NCBI GenBank assembly: GCA_964402785.1
Contig: CAYODQ010000002.1
Span: forward strand, 5,763 to 69,762
Direction: 5' to 3'
DNA from: an uncultured Planctomycetia bacterium
GTDB lineage: Bacteria > Omnitrophota > Gorgyraeia > 2-02-FULL-51-18
Length of the DNA: 64,000 bases
The notes below the pieces were generated by a model. The model worked only from the letters and a program-made list of their open reading frames with translations, did no database searches and had not been told where the DNA came from. Below are positions 31,966-40,397 of the stretch, in pieces; the stretch's first letter is position 1; each line of letters opens with the position of its first letter. Made by a program: the position numbers and the translations under genes.

Positions 31966-33015
31966 TCATTTATGTTGGCCAGGCTGAGTCTTGATCAGAT
32001 CCGATTTACGCCGGCGAGGCTGCTGAGTCTCATTGGCAATGCGCTGCGAAAGCTCTTCTTGATTAGTGACGGCGACACCGATCTTACCGACCACGATACC
32101 GGCAGCACAATTTGAAATATGAGCTGCATCAATAATATTCGCTCCTCCGGCTAGCGCCAACGTCAAAGCGCTGATCACCGTATCCCCGGCACCAGACACG
32201 TCAAAAACTTCCTGAGCCACGGTTGGAATTTTCACAGTTTCCTTGCGCGGACGAAAGATTGCCATACCATTTTCTCCGCGTGTAATGATCAAGCTTTGGG
32301 AGCGAAGCTTTTTGAGCATAAGCTGCCCTGCTTTTTCAAGCGTGGCATCATCTTTGATCTTAAACCCAACAGCCGCACCCGCTTCATGGTGATTGGGTGT
32401 CAGAGTGGTAACGCCATTGTAGTAAGAAAAATGAGTCTCTTTTGGATCCACCGTGATCACCTTTTTGTGCTTCTTGGCGATACGCACTGCCTCACTCACG
32501 AGTTTTGGTACGATCACACCTTTGCCATAATCTTCGATGATGAGCGCATCCACTTCCGGCAATTTTTTGCGGATAAATTCTTGGATCTGATCCTGTATAG
32601 AATCCGCGATCGGCTTCACAAGCTCGCGGTCGATACGAACCACTTGCTGATGATGTGCGATCACGCGTGTTTTTTGAGTCGTGGGACGTGATTTATCGGC
32701 CACGATGCCATCACAATGCACACCTCTTTTTTGAAGCACGCTCCTTAAAACTTCGCCGCGCGAATCGTCACCAACCACACCCGCCAAATAAACTTGTCCA
32801 CCCAAAGTGCTGATGTTGTACGCCACATTGGATGCTCCTCCCGGCATAAAATTTTCAGAATTGACCCACACAACCGGCACGGGAGCTTCGGGCGAAATGC
32901 GAGAAACATTGCCCCAAATAAATTCATCCAAGATCAGATCGCCGACGACCAAAACCTTGGATTTGTTAAAATTGGAAATGATATGCTTCCAACGTGCTAA
33001 GTCATTATGTTCCAT
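31966..33015 (-). CDS. hldE: D-glycero-beta-D-manno-heptose-7-phosphate kinase (RfaE/HldE domain I only)
   Basis: [31 protein letters not shown] aligns closely with the E. coli HldE N-terminus ([31 protein letters not shown]). At 349 aa it covers the kinase domain only, with no adenylyltransferase domain. Confidence 0.8.
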   Translation of the reverse strand: [349 protein letters not shown]

Positions 33016-33073
33016 GCGGTAGCATTCCTAATATTCGGTTAAACTTGCAGGTTTAGTCCAGCAAAGATGATGA

Positions 33074-33102
33074 TTTTAGCATTGCGTAGGGAACACGTCA
33101 AC
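33074..33102 (-). promoter_or_regulatory. sigma70-type promoter upstream of hldE
   Basis: Minus strand reads TTGACG, a 17-nt spacer, then TAAAAT. The predicted TSS is ~50 nt upstream of the hldE start at 33015. Confidence 0.5.
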
Positions 33103-33140
33103 AAACCCCTCTCCCCAAGAATCCAAGCCTTAGATGAGAT

Positions 33141-33325
33141 AAGCGTGCAAGCCGACAAGGGACACTATCCTACAGACACGCCTGCCTGCCGGCAGGCAGG
33201 CTCCGGTGCCCCTGCGAGGCACCTCGCTCTTCTTGCCCCCTCGCCCATGTTTAAAATAGAGCTATGTTCCGTGCGGCTCGGGGGTCGCGGAGGTCTTACG
33301 GATAGTATCCCTTGTCGGCTTGAGA
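33141..33325. repeat. ~180-bp element with ~22-bp terminal inverted repeats and an internal perfect 20-nt palindrome (MITE-like or structured RNA)
   Basis: Left TIR caagccgacaagggacactatcc matches right TIR ggatagtatcccttgtcggcttg (one mismatch). Inside is cctgcctgccggcaggcagg (33181-33200) and a ggtgcc...ggcacc stem. A partial copy gcctgcctgcctgccggc sits at 33596-33612. Confidence 0.4.
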
Positions 33326-33638
33326 AGCCATTCTCACACGAAGGCTGTATCCATGACTCGTTTCTGCAGTATATGAAAGTAATTCATCCAGAAGAGCGAG
33401 CGGTGTCTTAGGGTTAAGCCGGCAGCGCATTTCGATTTTATTCGTTCCCGGCCGTTTGGATGCGCTTATGGTTTTGTTGTAAGTCGTTTGGAGACGGCAC
33501 GAGCCCTGGTTTATACATTATGCGAGCTGGAAATCCACCCGACGCGGTGCCTCTAATATAGGCAGTCCGCCACCGCGTCTTGGATTTTGTCCGAGCCTGC
33601 CTGCCTGCCGGCTTTACATCTGAGAGGAAGAAATGGGT

Positions 33639-34463
33639 TTATTTTTTGGATTGAGATTTAATAACGCCATTAATAGGGTCGAAGGGCGTTTTGAGCATGC
33701 TCCACTCGCGGATACGCTTTTCGTCGGCGGATAAATAGATCCAAACTCTTCCCCGGCTATACAAAACACCCTTCAAACTTGTCCTGGGCTCAACGAGAAT
33801 GGTGTCCACACTCCCCCGACCTTTCAACTCTTTCGATTCTCTCTTTAGCACCTGTATCTCCAAGTCATGGTCTTTTTCTTCACTGGAAACAACGGTGTGC
33901 ACCGCTTTGCCTACTTGAAGATCTTGCCTGCGCACCCAGAAAAAAGCCGATATGACATCGTGCACAAATCCGCCGATCTCAAACTCTTTTTTTTCGCCGT
34001 TCTTAAGCGATTCGTAATAGCCCTTTTTATTAGATGGATCAAAAACCGTCTTTTCGTCCGCTCGGTACCGCCCCTCACTTAGTTTTTTTTGGAATTCCAG
34101 CGGATACAGATCGTCAACCGCAATAAAGCTATGCAGCTCATCTTGGACCGGGTATATCGTCGACAACACTTCGTTGGTCCTTGCGATCGCGACCACATGG
34201 TAAGCTTCTCGCCCAAGATGTTGGATCTTTTCCTTCACCCACAACTCTCCGTAACCCACGGGGACGCCCATCCAAGAAACTTCGTACAACAAATGCTCGC
34301 CCAACTCCATACGAGCATTCGGCTTTGACAGGGGGGGTAATTTCTTCGGTGTTTTTGCTGCAAAATTATTCTGCGCGATCGCTGGCATTGAACCGCACAG
34401 GATCGTCATCAATAAAACCAAAATCAAATATTTAACGTTGGTAAGTTGCAGATTTTTTTTCAT
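33639..34463 (-). CDS. secreted DUF3108-family protein (unknown function) at the start of the LPS-core cluster
   Basis: Signal peptide MKKNLQLTNVKYLILVLLMTILCGSMPAIA. YEVSWMGVPVGYGELW is a DUF3108-like motif. No homolog of known function recognised. Confidence 0.5.
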   Translation of the reverse strand: MKKNLQLTNVKYLILVLLMTILCGSMPAIAQNNFAAKTPKKLPPLSKPNARMELGEHLLYEVSWMGVPVGYGELWVKEKIQHLGREAYHVVAIARTNEVLSTIYPVQDELHSFIAVDDLYPLEFQKKLSEGRYRADEKTVFDPSNKKGYYESLKNGEKKEFEIGGFVHDVISAFFWVRRQDLQVGKAVHTVVSSEEKDHDLEIQVLKRESKELKGRGSVDTILVEPRTSLKGVLYSRGRVWIYLSADEKRIREWSMLKTPFDPINGVIKSQSKK

Positions 34464-36435
34464 GCTGTCTAGTCAGGATTGTCGCCAAGCTCTGGTACAC
34501 CTCTTCCACCCGGATCGCTTTTAGGCATTCAAAATCGATCGTGCATGCATGAGCCAAACAGACCACACATCCAATATCTTTATGCAAAACGCGGTGCGAC
34601 GCACCCAGCGGTTGCCAGCGGCGAGCGCCAAGCCCGGCTTGATTGCGTCCAAAAATACTGACAACCGGCGTACCAACAGCTGCGGCCACATGCACCGGGC
34701 CCGAATCATTTGAAACTAGAGCATCGCATACAGATAAGAACGCTGTCAGTTCATTTAAATTTTGACGGCCCGTCCAGTCCTGTACCCTCTCATCAAAACC
34801 CTTGGAAAGATAGGCTCCCAGCGAAACCTCATCCTCGCCACCAATAATCGCAACGCGGTGCGAATGGAACGCCAGGATACTTTCGATCAAGCGGCGGTAA
34901 TTTTCTTTGGGCCATCGCTTTGAAGGGCAGCTGGCGCCGGCGTGAATCGCGATCACCCCTTCTCGCTTAGCCAAATCCACTCGGGTCTCCGGAAAAAGCA
35001 GCTTATCCGGCATTTGAGTTGGGCGCGGCACACCAAACGCCTCGACCAAGTGCAAAGCATACTCAGATTCATGCTCCAAGCCCAGATGTCTTTTGTCAGG
35101 CATCGCGTGAGTGAGCAAAAAAGATAGGTTATTTTGATATCCGATCCGATATGGAATAGCTGATAAAAATGGGATCAAATAGGAACGTATCCCCGGATGC
35201 ATCACAAATGCTGCGTCAAACGATCGTCTTCTTATTTCTCGAATAAACCGGCTATAACCCCATGGAAACGTATGCGCTCCGCCCTTTTTGTAATCATAAA
35301 CCAGGACTTCATCGATCCAAGGATGCTCCCGCAAAAGATCCTGCGTGTAAGGCCGCGTCATGACCGTGATATGCGCATCGGGATGCTGTTGACGAAGTGC
35401 ATAGATAGATGGCAGCGTCAGCACCAGATCTCCAACACGATCCAATCGCATCACCAAAAACCTCAACCCCTGGCCTCTCAATCGATCCTCCAGGATCTGA
35501 GACGCTTTGTGATAAACAGTTTCTACGGATAAGTTGCTGAGGCACTCATGGCCATAGCGACATTGAGCTTTTTCGCATGGGGAACAAAAGATCTTGAGAG
35601 ATAAAGAAGCGCTGCCTTTTGTCCTGGGGCCGTACTTTGCCGGGTCCGTGGGCCCAAATAATGCCAGCACCGGAACTTTGAGCGCATCCGCGATATGAAG
35701 TGGCGCACTATCATTGGTGATGACGAGCTTTGCACGACGGACCAGACTTACTAATTCCAAGAAAGTCGTCTCGCCGCAAACATTTAAAGCCGCTTGCTTC
35801 ATGGATGAGCGAACACGTTCGGCGTCTTTTGCATCAGCCTTATCCCCCACCAATACGATCTGAAATCCTTTTTCATGGGCAAGCCGATCCAGAAGCTGAG
35901 CGTAATGAACTGCTGGCCATTTTTTAATATCGCTCTTGGAGCCTACGGCGGCAATGATCGTGGGCTTGTCTCTATCCAGCATTGGACGAGTAGAATCATT
36001 CGGTGATCTCCGCTCCAACCATCTTTGCTCCACCGGAAAAAGAGAAACAAGTCCTTTCAAAGAAGCCAGGTGTTTTTCACCGCGATGAGCGCCTTTGGAT
36101 CGAGTAATATAAGAATTACGATAACGTGCTCCTGAAAGCAAGCCGATCAAAGAACGCCGAAGATCGATCACAAGATCATAGCGCTCGTTGCGGATCGACT
36201 GAATAAACGCCCATTTCTGCTGAAAAGGTGCTCGTTTATTGAACACCCGAAACTGATCGATGCGCGGATCCCCTTCAAAAACGATCTTCCCGGATTCTCC
36301 CGCGATCACATCCAATTTCGCTTCAGGAAATGACAATTTCAATTGCTCAAACACCGGAAGCGTCAACACCACATCTCCTAAATTTGAAAGTGTGACGACC
36401 AAGATCTTTTGGATCGAGCTTTTGTCGGTGATCAT
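34432..36435 (-). CDS. tandem family-9 glycosyltransferase (two heptosyltransferase domains fused)
   Basis: Two complete GT9 units, each with an N-terminal LSNLGDVVLTLP / RVGDLVLTLP motif and a C-terminal NDSAPLHIA / NDSGPVHVAAA motif. 667 aa. Confidence 0.75.
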   Translation of the reverse strand: MITDKSSIQKILVVTLSNLGDVVLTLPVFEQLKLSFPEAKLDVIAGESGKIVFEGDPRIDQFRVFNKRAPFQQKWAFIQSIRNERYDLVIDLRRSLIGLLSGARYRNSYITRSKGAHRGEKHLASLKGLVSLFPVEQRWLERRSPNDSTRPMLDRDKPTIIAAVGSKSDIKKWPAVHYAQLLDRLAHEKGFQIVLVGDKADAKDAERVRSSMKQAALNVCGETTFLELVSLVRRAKLVITNDSAPLHIADALKVPVLALFGPTDPAKYGPRTKGSASLSLKIFCSPCEKAQCRYGHECLSNLSVETVYHKASQILEDRLRGQGLRFLVMRLDRVGDLVLTLPSIYALRQQHPDAHITVMTRPYTQDLLREHPWIDEVLVYDYKKGGAHTFPWGYSRFIREIRRRSFDAAFVMHPGIRSYLIPFLSAIPYRIGYQNNLSFLLTHAMPDKRHLGLEHESEYALHLVEAFGVPRPTQMPDKLLFPETRVDLAKREGVIAIHAGASCPSKRWPKENYRRLIESILAFHSHRVAIIGGEDEVSLGAYLSKGFDERVQDWTGRQNLNELTAFLSVCDALVSNDSGPVHVAAAVGTPVVSIFGRNQAGLGARRWQPLGASHRVLHKDIGCVVCLAHACTIDFECLKAIRVEEVYQSLATILTRQHEKKSATYQR

Positions 36436-37475
36436 CGGCTCAGCTCCAGTGTTTTTTCATAAACTTGCTCAGGTGAGATCGATCGCATACAAAGATGGTC
36501 GCTGCAAGATTGAAAATAACACGGCAGTTCACATCCGACTCGGGATTGAAAAGTAAATAACGCGCCGGAGGAAACAGGACCTGTCAAAGCAGCGGACGTG
36601 GGCCCAAATAGCGCCACAATGGGCGTCTTTTGAGTTGCCGCCAAATGAACCGGCCCCGAGTCATTGGACAGCATGACTTGAGCCCCCTTCAAAAGCCAGG
36701 CCAATTCATCCAAAGATGTTTGCCCGCACAACGAGATCAGCCTGGGATCCCGGACAGATTCGATGAGGAGTTTTGCCAACTCCATCTCCGAAACGGTCCC
36801 GCAGATCACGACATGCCCCGTATTTTTGCTCAGCCAAAGCTGTGTCCACTTCGCAAAAGACTGGATCGCCCACCGCTTAAGATGCCAGTTGCCACCAATA
36901 TGAATGACGGCATACGAAGAGCTTGCGGACAAACCCGCCTTGCCGCATTTACTCTGCAATCGCTCAAAAGCTCCTGCATCCGGAAAAAAATCCATTTGGC
37001 GTCCCCGAGACGGGATCCCCAGCGCTTGCGAAAGATGCAAAAAATGATCGATCTTATGCAAAGCCTGATCAGGCGGCGCTACCGCATGAGTCATAGATGT
37101 TTTTTTGTCAGGCGCCTGATATCCTGCGCGAATAGCAATGCCCGACATTTTCAAAAGGAACGATCTGGATTTTGACGGCGTCAGCAAAATAGCGGCGTCA
37201 TAGCGCTCTCCTCGCAAACGGCGAACCAAAACCAACGCCTGCCATAAAGATCCCAAATGAATGCGCTCGTTATAAACCAACGAATTGCGGACGTTGGGAT
37301 TATGCTTCAGGACACCCTCAACACGATGAGGCAATAAAACGTCCATCTCGCAATCCGGGTAGGCTTGCTTAAAAGCTCTTAAAAATGGCGTGGCAAAAAG
37401 AACATCCCCCAACCAATTTGGACAAACAACCAAAACGCGCTTTAAATCTTTCGGAAGCGCTGCAGACATGATCAA
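36432..37475 (-). CDS. family-9 glycosyltransferase (LPS heptosyltransferase, WaaC/WaaF-like)
   Basis: VLVVCPNWLGDVLFATP N-terminus and LSNDSGPVHLAA C-terminal motif. Confidence 0.75.
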   Translation of the reverse strand: MIMSAALPKDLKRVLVVCPNWLGDVLFATPFLRAFKQAYPDCEMDVLLPHRVEGVLKHNPNVRNSLVYNERIHLGSLWQALVLVRRLRGERYDAAILLTPSKSRSFLLKMSGIAIRAGYQAPDKKTSMTHAVAPPDQALHKIDHFLHLSQALGIPSRGRQMDFFPDAGAFERLQSKCGKAGLSASSSYAVIHIGGNWHLKRWAIQSFAKWTQLWLSKNTGHVVICGTVSEMELAKLLIESVRDPRLISLCGQTSLDELAWLLKGAQVMLSNDSGPVHLAATQKTPIVALFGPTSAALTGPVSSGALFTFQSRVGCELPCYFQSCSDHLCMRSISPEQVYEKTLELSR

Positions 37476-38275
37476 GAATCCATGGAAGGGCTGACACTCT
37501 GCTGGCCACCCTTATAAGACACACGCTTTTTTCCTAGGTGATAAATACCGGAGACTTTGGCCCAAAAACTAAACAGCCCGTTCGAATTATTGACCTTGAT
37601 GCGATGCAGACCATAAAAATCATGAGGCACTTTTCCGTAATTGGTCGTCACAGCACCTTCATATCCACTTGACTGAACCAAAGCCCTCACTTCAGGAGTG
37701 GTGCCTCCTGCGGGAAAACTGAAAAGCGTGACAGGATGACCCAAAATACTTTCAAGTTTCACCTTTGATGCGGTCAACTCGTTCTTTATTTGCTCTTCGG
37801 AGCATTTAGGCAAAAAAGCGTGGGATAATGTATGACTGCCAATGGTGACGCCGGATTCATCCATGATCTGAAGCTGCTTTGATGTCAGCCACCCCGCCTT
37901 GCCGATATTGTCCGTGATCATAAAGATAGTGGCTGGTAAACCTAGCTTTTTTAGGATAGGAAATGCATTGTTATAATTATCCACCGTCCCATCGTCAAAC
38001 GTAATACACACGGTCTTAGGCTTGATCTTTCTGCCTGCCTTTAATTCCTCCACCACTTTAGACAAGGGCTCGACATGATAACGGTGTGTTTTTAAGAACT
38101 GCATCTGTCGCTCGAAAGATTCGGGTGTGACCGTTGGTGACTTGATCTTGGGGTTGGCGTAATCGACAATGTGATACATGAGAATAGGGGTCTCAAAAAA
38201 ATAAGCGCGGGCAGCTTGGAAAAGGATCCAAGCGCAAATTAAAACAAGAACGAGGCCTTTGTACCGCCGGGTCAA
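37472..38275 (-). CDS. polysaccharide deacetylase (NodB homology domain), membrane-anchored
   Basis: N-terminal TM helix. ILMYHIV and CITFDDGTVDNY NodB motifs. Confidence 0.7.
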   Translation of the reverse strand: MTRRYKGLVLVLICAWILFQAARAYFFETPILMYHIVDYANPKIKSPTVTPESFERQMQFLKTHRYHVEPLSKVVEELKAGRKIKPKTVCITFDDGTVDNYNNAFPILKKLGLPATIFMITDNIGKAGWLTSKQLQIMDESGVTIGSHTLSHAFLPKCSEEQIKNELTASKVKLESILGHPVTLFSFPAGGTTPEVRALVQSSGYEGAVTTNYGKVPHDFYGLHRIKVNNSNGLFSFWAKVSGIYHLGKKRVSYKGGQQSVSPSMDS

Positions 38276-40395
38276 ACCAGGCTCTCCGATAACGATACGC
38301 CGGATGGACGCTTGTTATTGATGAGATGAAGGACGGCATCCAACACTTCCTGCACACTGATCTTCTTCATACACGGATGGCCGATCGGACAGCTTCTGAG
38401 ATAACAAGGGCTGCACTGAAGCTCTTTCCAAAACACCTGATGATGTGAGGGCGGCATCAAGTGTCTTTTAGGATCAGTGGGCCCGAAAATAGCCACAAGC
38501 GGTATATCCAAGCTGGATGCGATATGCATTGGAGCCGAATCAGAGCTGATAAACACCTGACAACGCCTGATCAGCGCCGTGAGCTCTGTGATCGTCGTTT
38601 TTCCGACAGCATTCACCGGCTTGTTGCGTGTTTGCGATAAAAGCTCGTCCGCCAGCGCCTGCTCTTCGTGAGAACCCGTGATCACCACGCGAATATTTCT
38701 CCTCGCCAACTCATCGCAAAGCTTGGCGTAATTTTCCACAGGCCAAAGCTTGGTCGGCCATCGCGGAGACGATCCCGGATTGATCCCGACCAGGATCTGG
38801 CTGGGAGAAACCCACTGGGACTCCAAAAATTTTCCGATCTTCTCATCCTCACTCTTTTCCGTCCATATCTCAAGCTGCTTTGAGGATGGCTCGACTCCGA
38901 TAAGCTTCAGGACCTGAAATTGATGATCGATAGGAGAAATTGTTGAAAAATCGCCCTCTGCGCGCCGGTTAAGAAAAAAAGACCATTTGCGATTTTTGTG
39001 CCCCGCGCGCACCCGGGCACCGCAGAAAAATGAAAAGAAATGACTCAGTCGATTGTTTTGAAGATCGATAGCAATATCAAAATCCTCGCCAGCCAACAAC
39101 CGGGCCATCCGAAGCGCCGATCGCCATTTGTGCTTCATACTCTCTTCATAGACCATCACATCATCCACATACGGACAATTACGAATGATCTTTCTCGATT
39201 TTCTTCCAACAAGGACCGTGATCCAGGCTTTGGGATATTTTTCACGCAACGCCCTAAGAGAAGGAATACTGAGTATCACATCCCCAAGCGCACTCAACTT
39301 GATGACCAATATTTTTTTTCGGGAAAGCGCTTCTTCGTATACCTTGAGCTTCTTCTCAAACATCATGGGAAGATCATACTCAGCCTCGACTTTGGCGCGC
39401 AAAGATTGGGCTAGGTTTTTGGCCAGAGATTCGTCTTTGAGTATCCTCAACACGGCGTCCGCCAATTCGCGCGGATCCTCGGGACCCACCAATAATCCGT
39501 CTTTTTCGTGCTCAATGATATCCACCAAGCCACCCATGCGCGTCGCCACCACAGGGACACCGCAAGCGCCTGCCTCGATCACGACACGCCCAAAAGCCTC
39601 TTCGCCCACCGACGGCGCCACCAAAACCGACATCTTACTCAAAAGCTCTGGAATATTATATCGGGTCCCCATGAACTGAACTGCCTGCGAAAGCCCAAGG
39701 TTACGCGTGAGCATCAAAAGCTCTTCTTTGTATTGTGGTTTGGGCGCATCTCCAATGATCTGGATCTTGATATGCGGATAAACTCGCACGACCCGTGCCA
39801 TGGCTTTCAAAAAAAGTGGGTGTCCCTTGATCGGTGTCAGCCTCCCCACCAAACCGATCACCACTTCCTTTGTTGCTGCCAGTTTTTCAGCGTCGCGCAA
39901 TTTAAACTCTTCCAAATTGACACCACGCGGGATCATGCGGATCTTTTCGTGAGGTACACCAAAGTCATCTCGCATGCGCTTCCCAATAATATGGCTAGCG
40001 ACAATCACGTATTTGCCCCAACCCATCGGACGGCTTAAAAGGTGTTTACTATAAAAACCGTGGCTCGTTGTCACGAACGGAACCTGAGTGTAGCGGCTCA
40101 CAAAATAAGCGATCAGGGCGGGAACGCGGCTGCGGGCATGGATCACATCGATACCCTCCATGCGAACGATTTTGATCAATGCTTTTACGGAGGCGATGAT
40201 AGAAAAAACTGATTTTTTATGCACCGGAAGCGCATAATGCGTGACACCCGCTGACACGAGCTCGCCAACCAGAGGGCCCCCAGCTGAAACCACCACAGCC
40301 TTATAGCCTTTACGTTTTAAATACTTCGCCAGATCGACCGACCCGCGTTCAACCCCGCCTGATTTGAGCTCTGGCAATATCTGAAGCACGACCAT
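38272..40395 (-). CDS. GT4 glycosyltransferase fused to a C-terminal GT9 heptosyltransferase domain
   Basis: N-terminal ~370 aa carries the GT4 EX7E motif (EEAFGRVVIEAGACGVPVVATRMGG). C-terminal ~330 aa is a GT9 domain (ILVIKLSALGDVILSIP ... SSDSAPMHIASS). Confidence 0.75.
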   Translation of the reverse strand: MVVLQILPELKSGGVERGSVDLAKYLKRKGYKAVVVSAGGPLVGELVSAGVTHYALPVHKKSVFSIIASVKALIKIVRMEGIDVIHARSRVPALIAYFVSRYTQVPFVTTSHGFYSKHLLSRPMGWGKYVIVASHIIGKRMRDDFGVPHEKIRMIPRGVNLEEFKLRDAEKLAATKEVVIGLVGRLTPIKGHPLFLKAMARVVRVYPHIKIQIIGDAPKPQYKEELLMLTRNLGLSQAVQFMGTRYNIPELLSKMSVLVAPSVGEEAFGRVVIEAGACGVPVVATRMGGLVDIIEHEKDGLLVGPEDPRELADAVLRILKDESLAKNLAQSLRAKVEAEYDLPMMFEKKLKVYEEALSRKKILVIKLSALGDVILSIPSLRALREKYPKAWITVLVGRKSRKIIRNCPYVDDVMVYEESMKHKWRSALRMARLLAGEDFDIAIDLQNNRLSHFFSFFCGARVRAGHKNRKWSFFLNRRAEGDFSTISPIDHQFQVLKLIGVEPSSKQLEIWTEKSEDEKIGKFLESQWVSPSQILVGINPGSSPRWPTKLWPVENYAKLCDELARRNIRVVITGSHEEQALADELLSQTRNKPVNAVGKTTITELTALIRRCQVFISSDSAPMHIASSLDIPLVAIFGPTDPKRHLMPPSHHQVFWKELQCSPCYLRSCPIGHPCMKKISVQEVLDAVLHLINNKRPSGVSLSESLV

Positions 40396-40397
40396 AT

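Noticed and set aside
33067-33411. 114-aa plus-strand ORF in the hldE upstream region
   Set aside because: Low-complexity Ala/Pro/Arg-rich translation spanning the palindromes. No RBS and no homology signal. More likely non-coding structured DNA/RNA.
33016-33638. RNase P RNA, tmRNA, SRP RNA or TPP riboswitch in the long intergenic region
   Set aside because: I looked on both strands and found none of the expected motifs: RNase P CR-I GGAAAGUCCGGGCU or the P4 3' strand CCCGGCUUA, the tmRNA T-arm GGUUCGAAUCC...CCA end, or the SRP domain IV GGAAGCAGC motif. A CUGAGA-like string near 33620 is on the wrong strand and lacks the rest of a thi-box. An Rfam scan is still needed.
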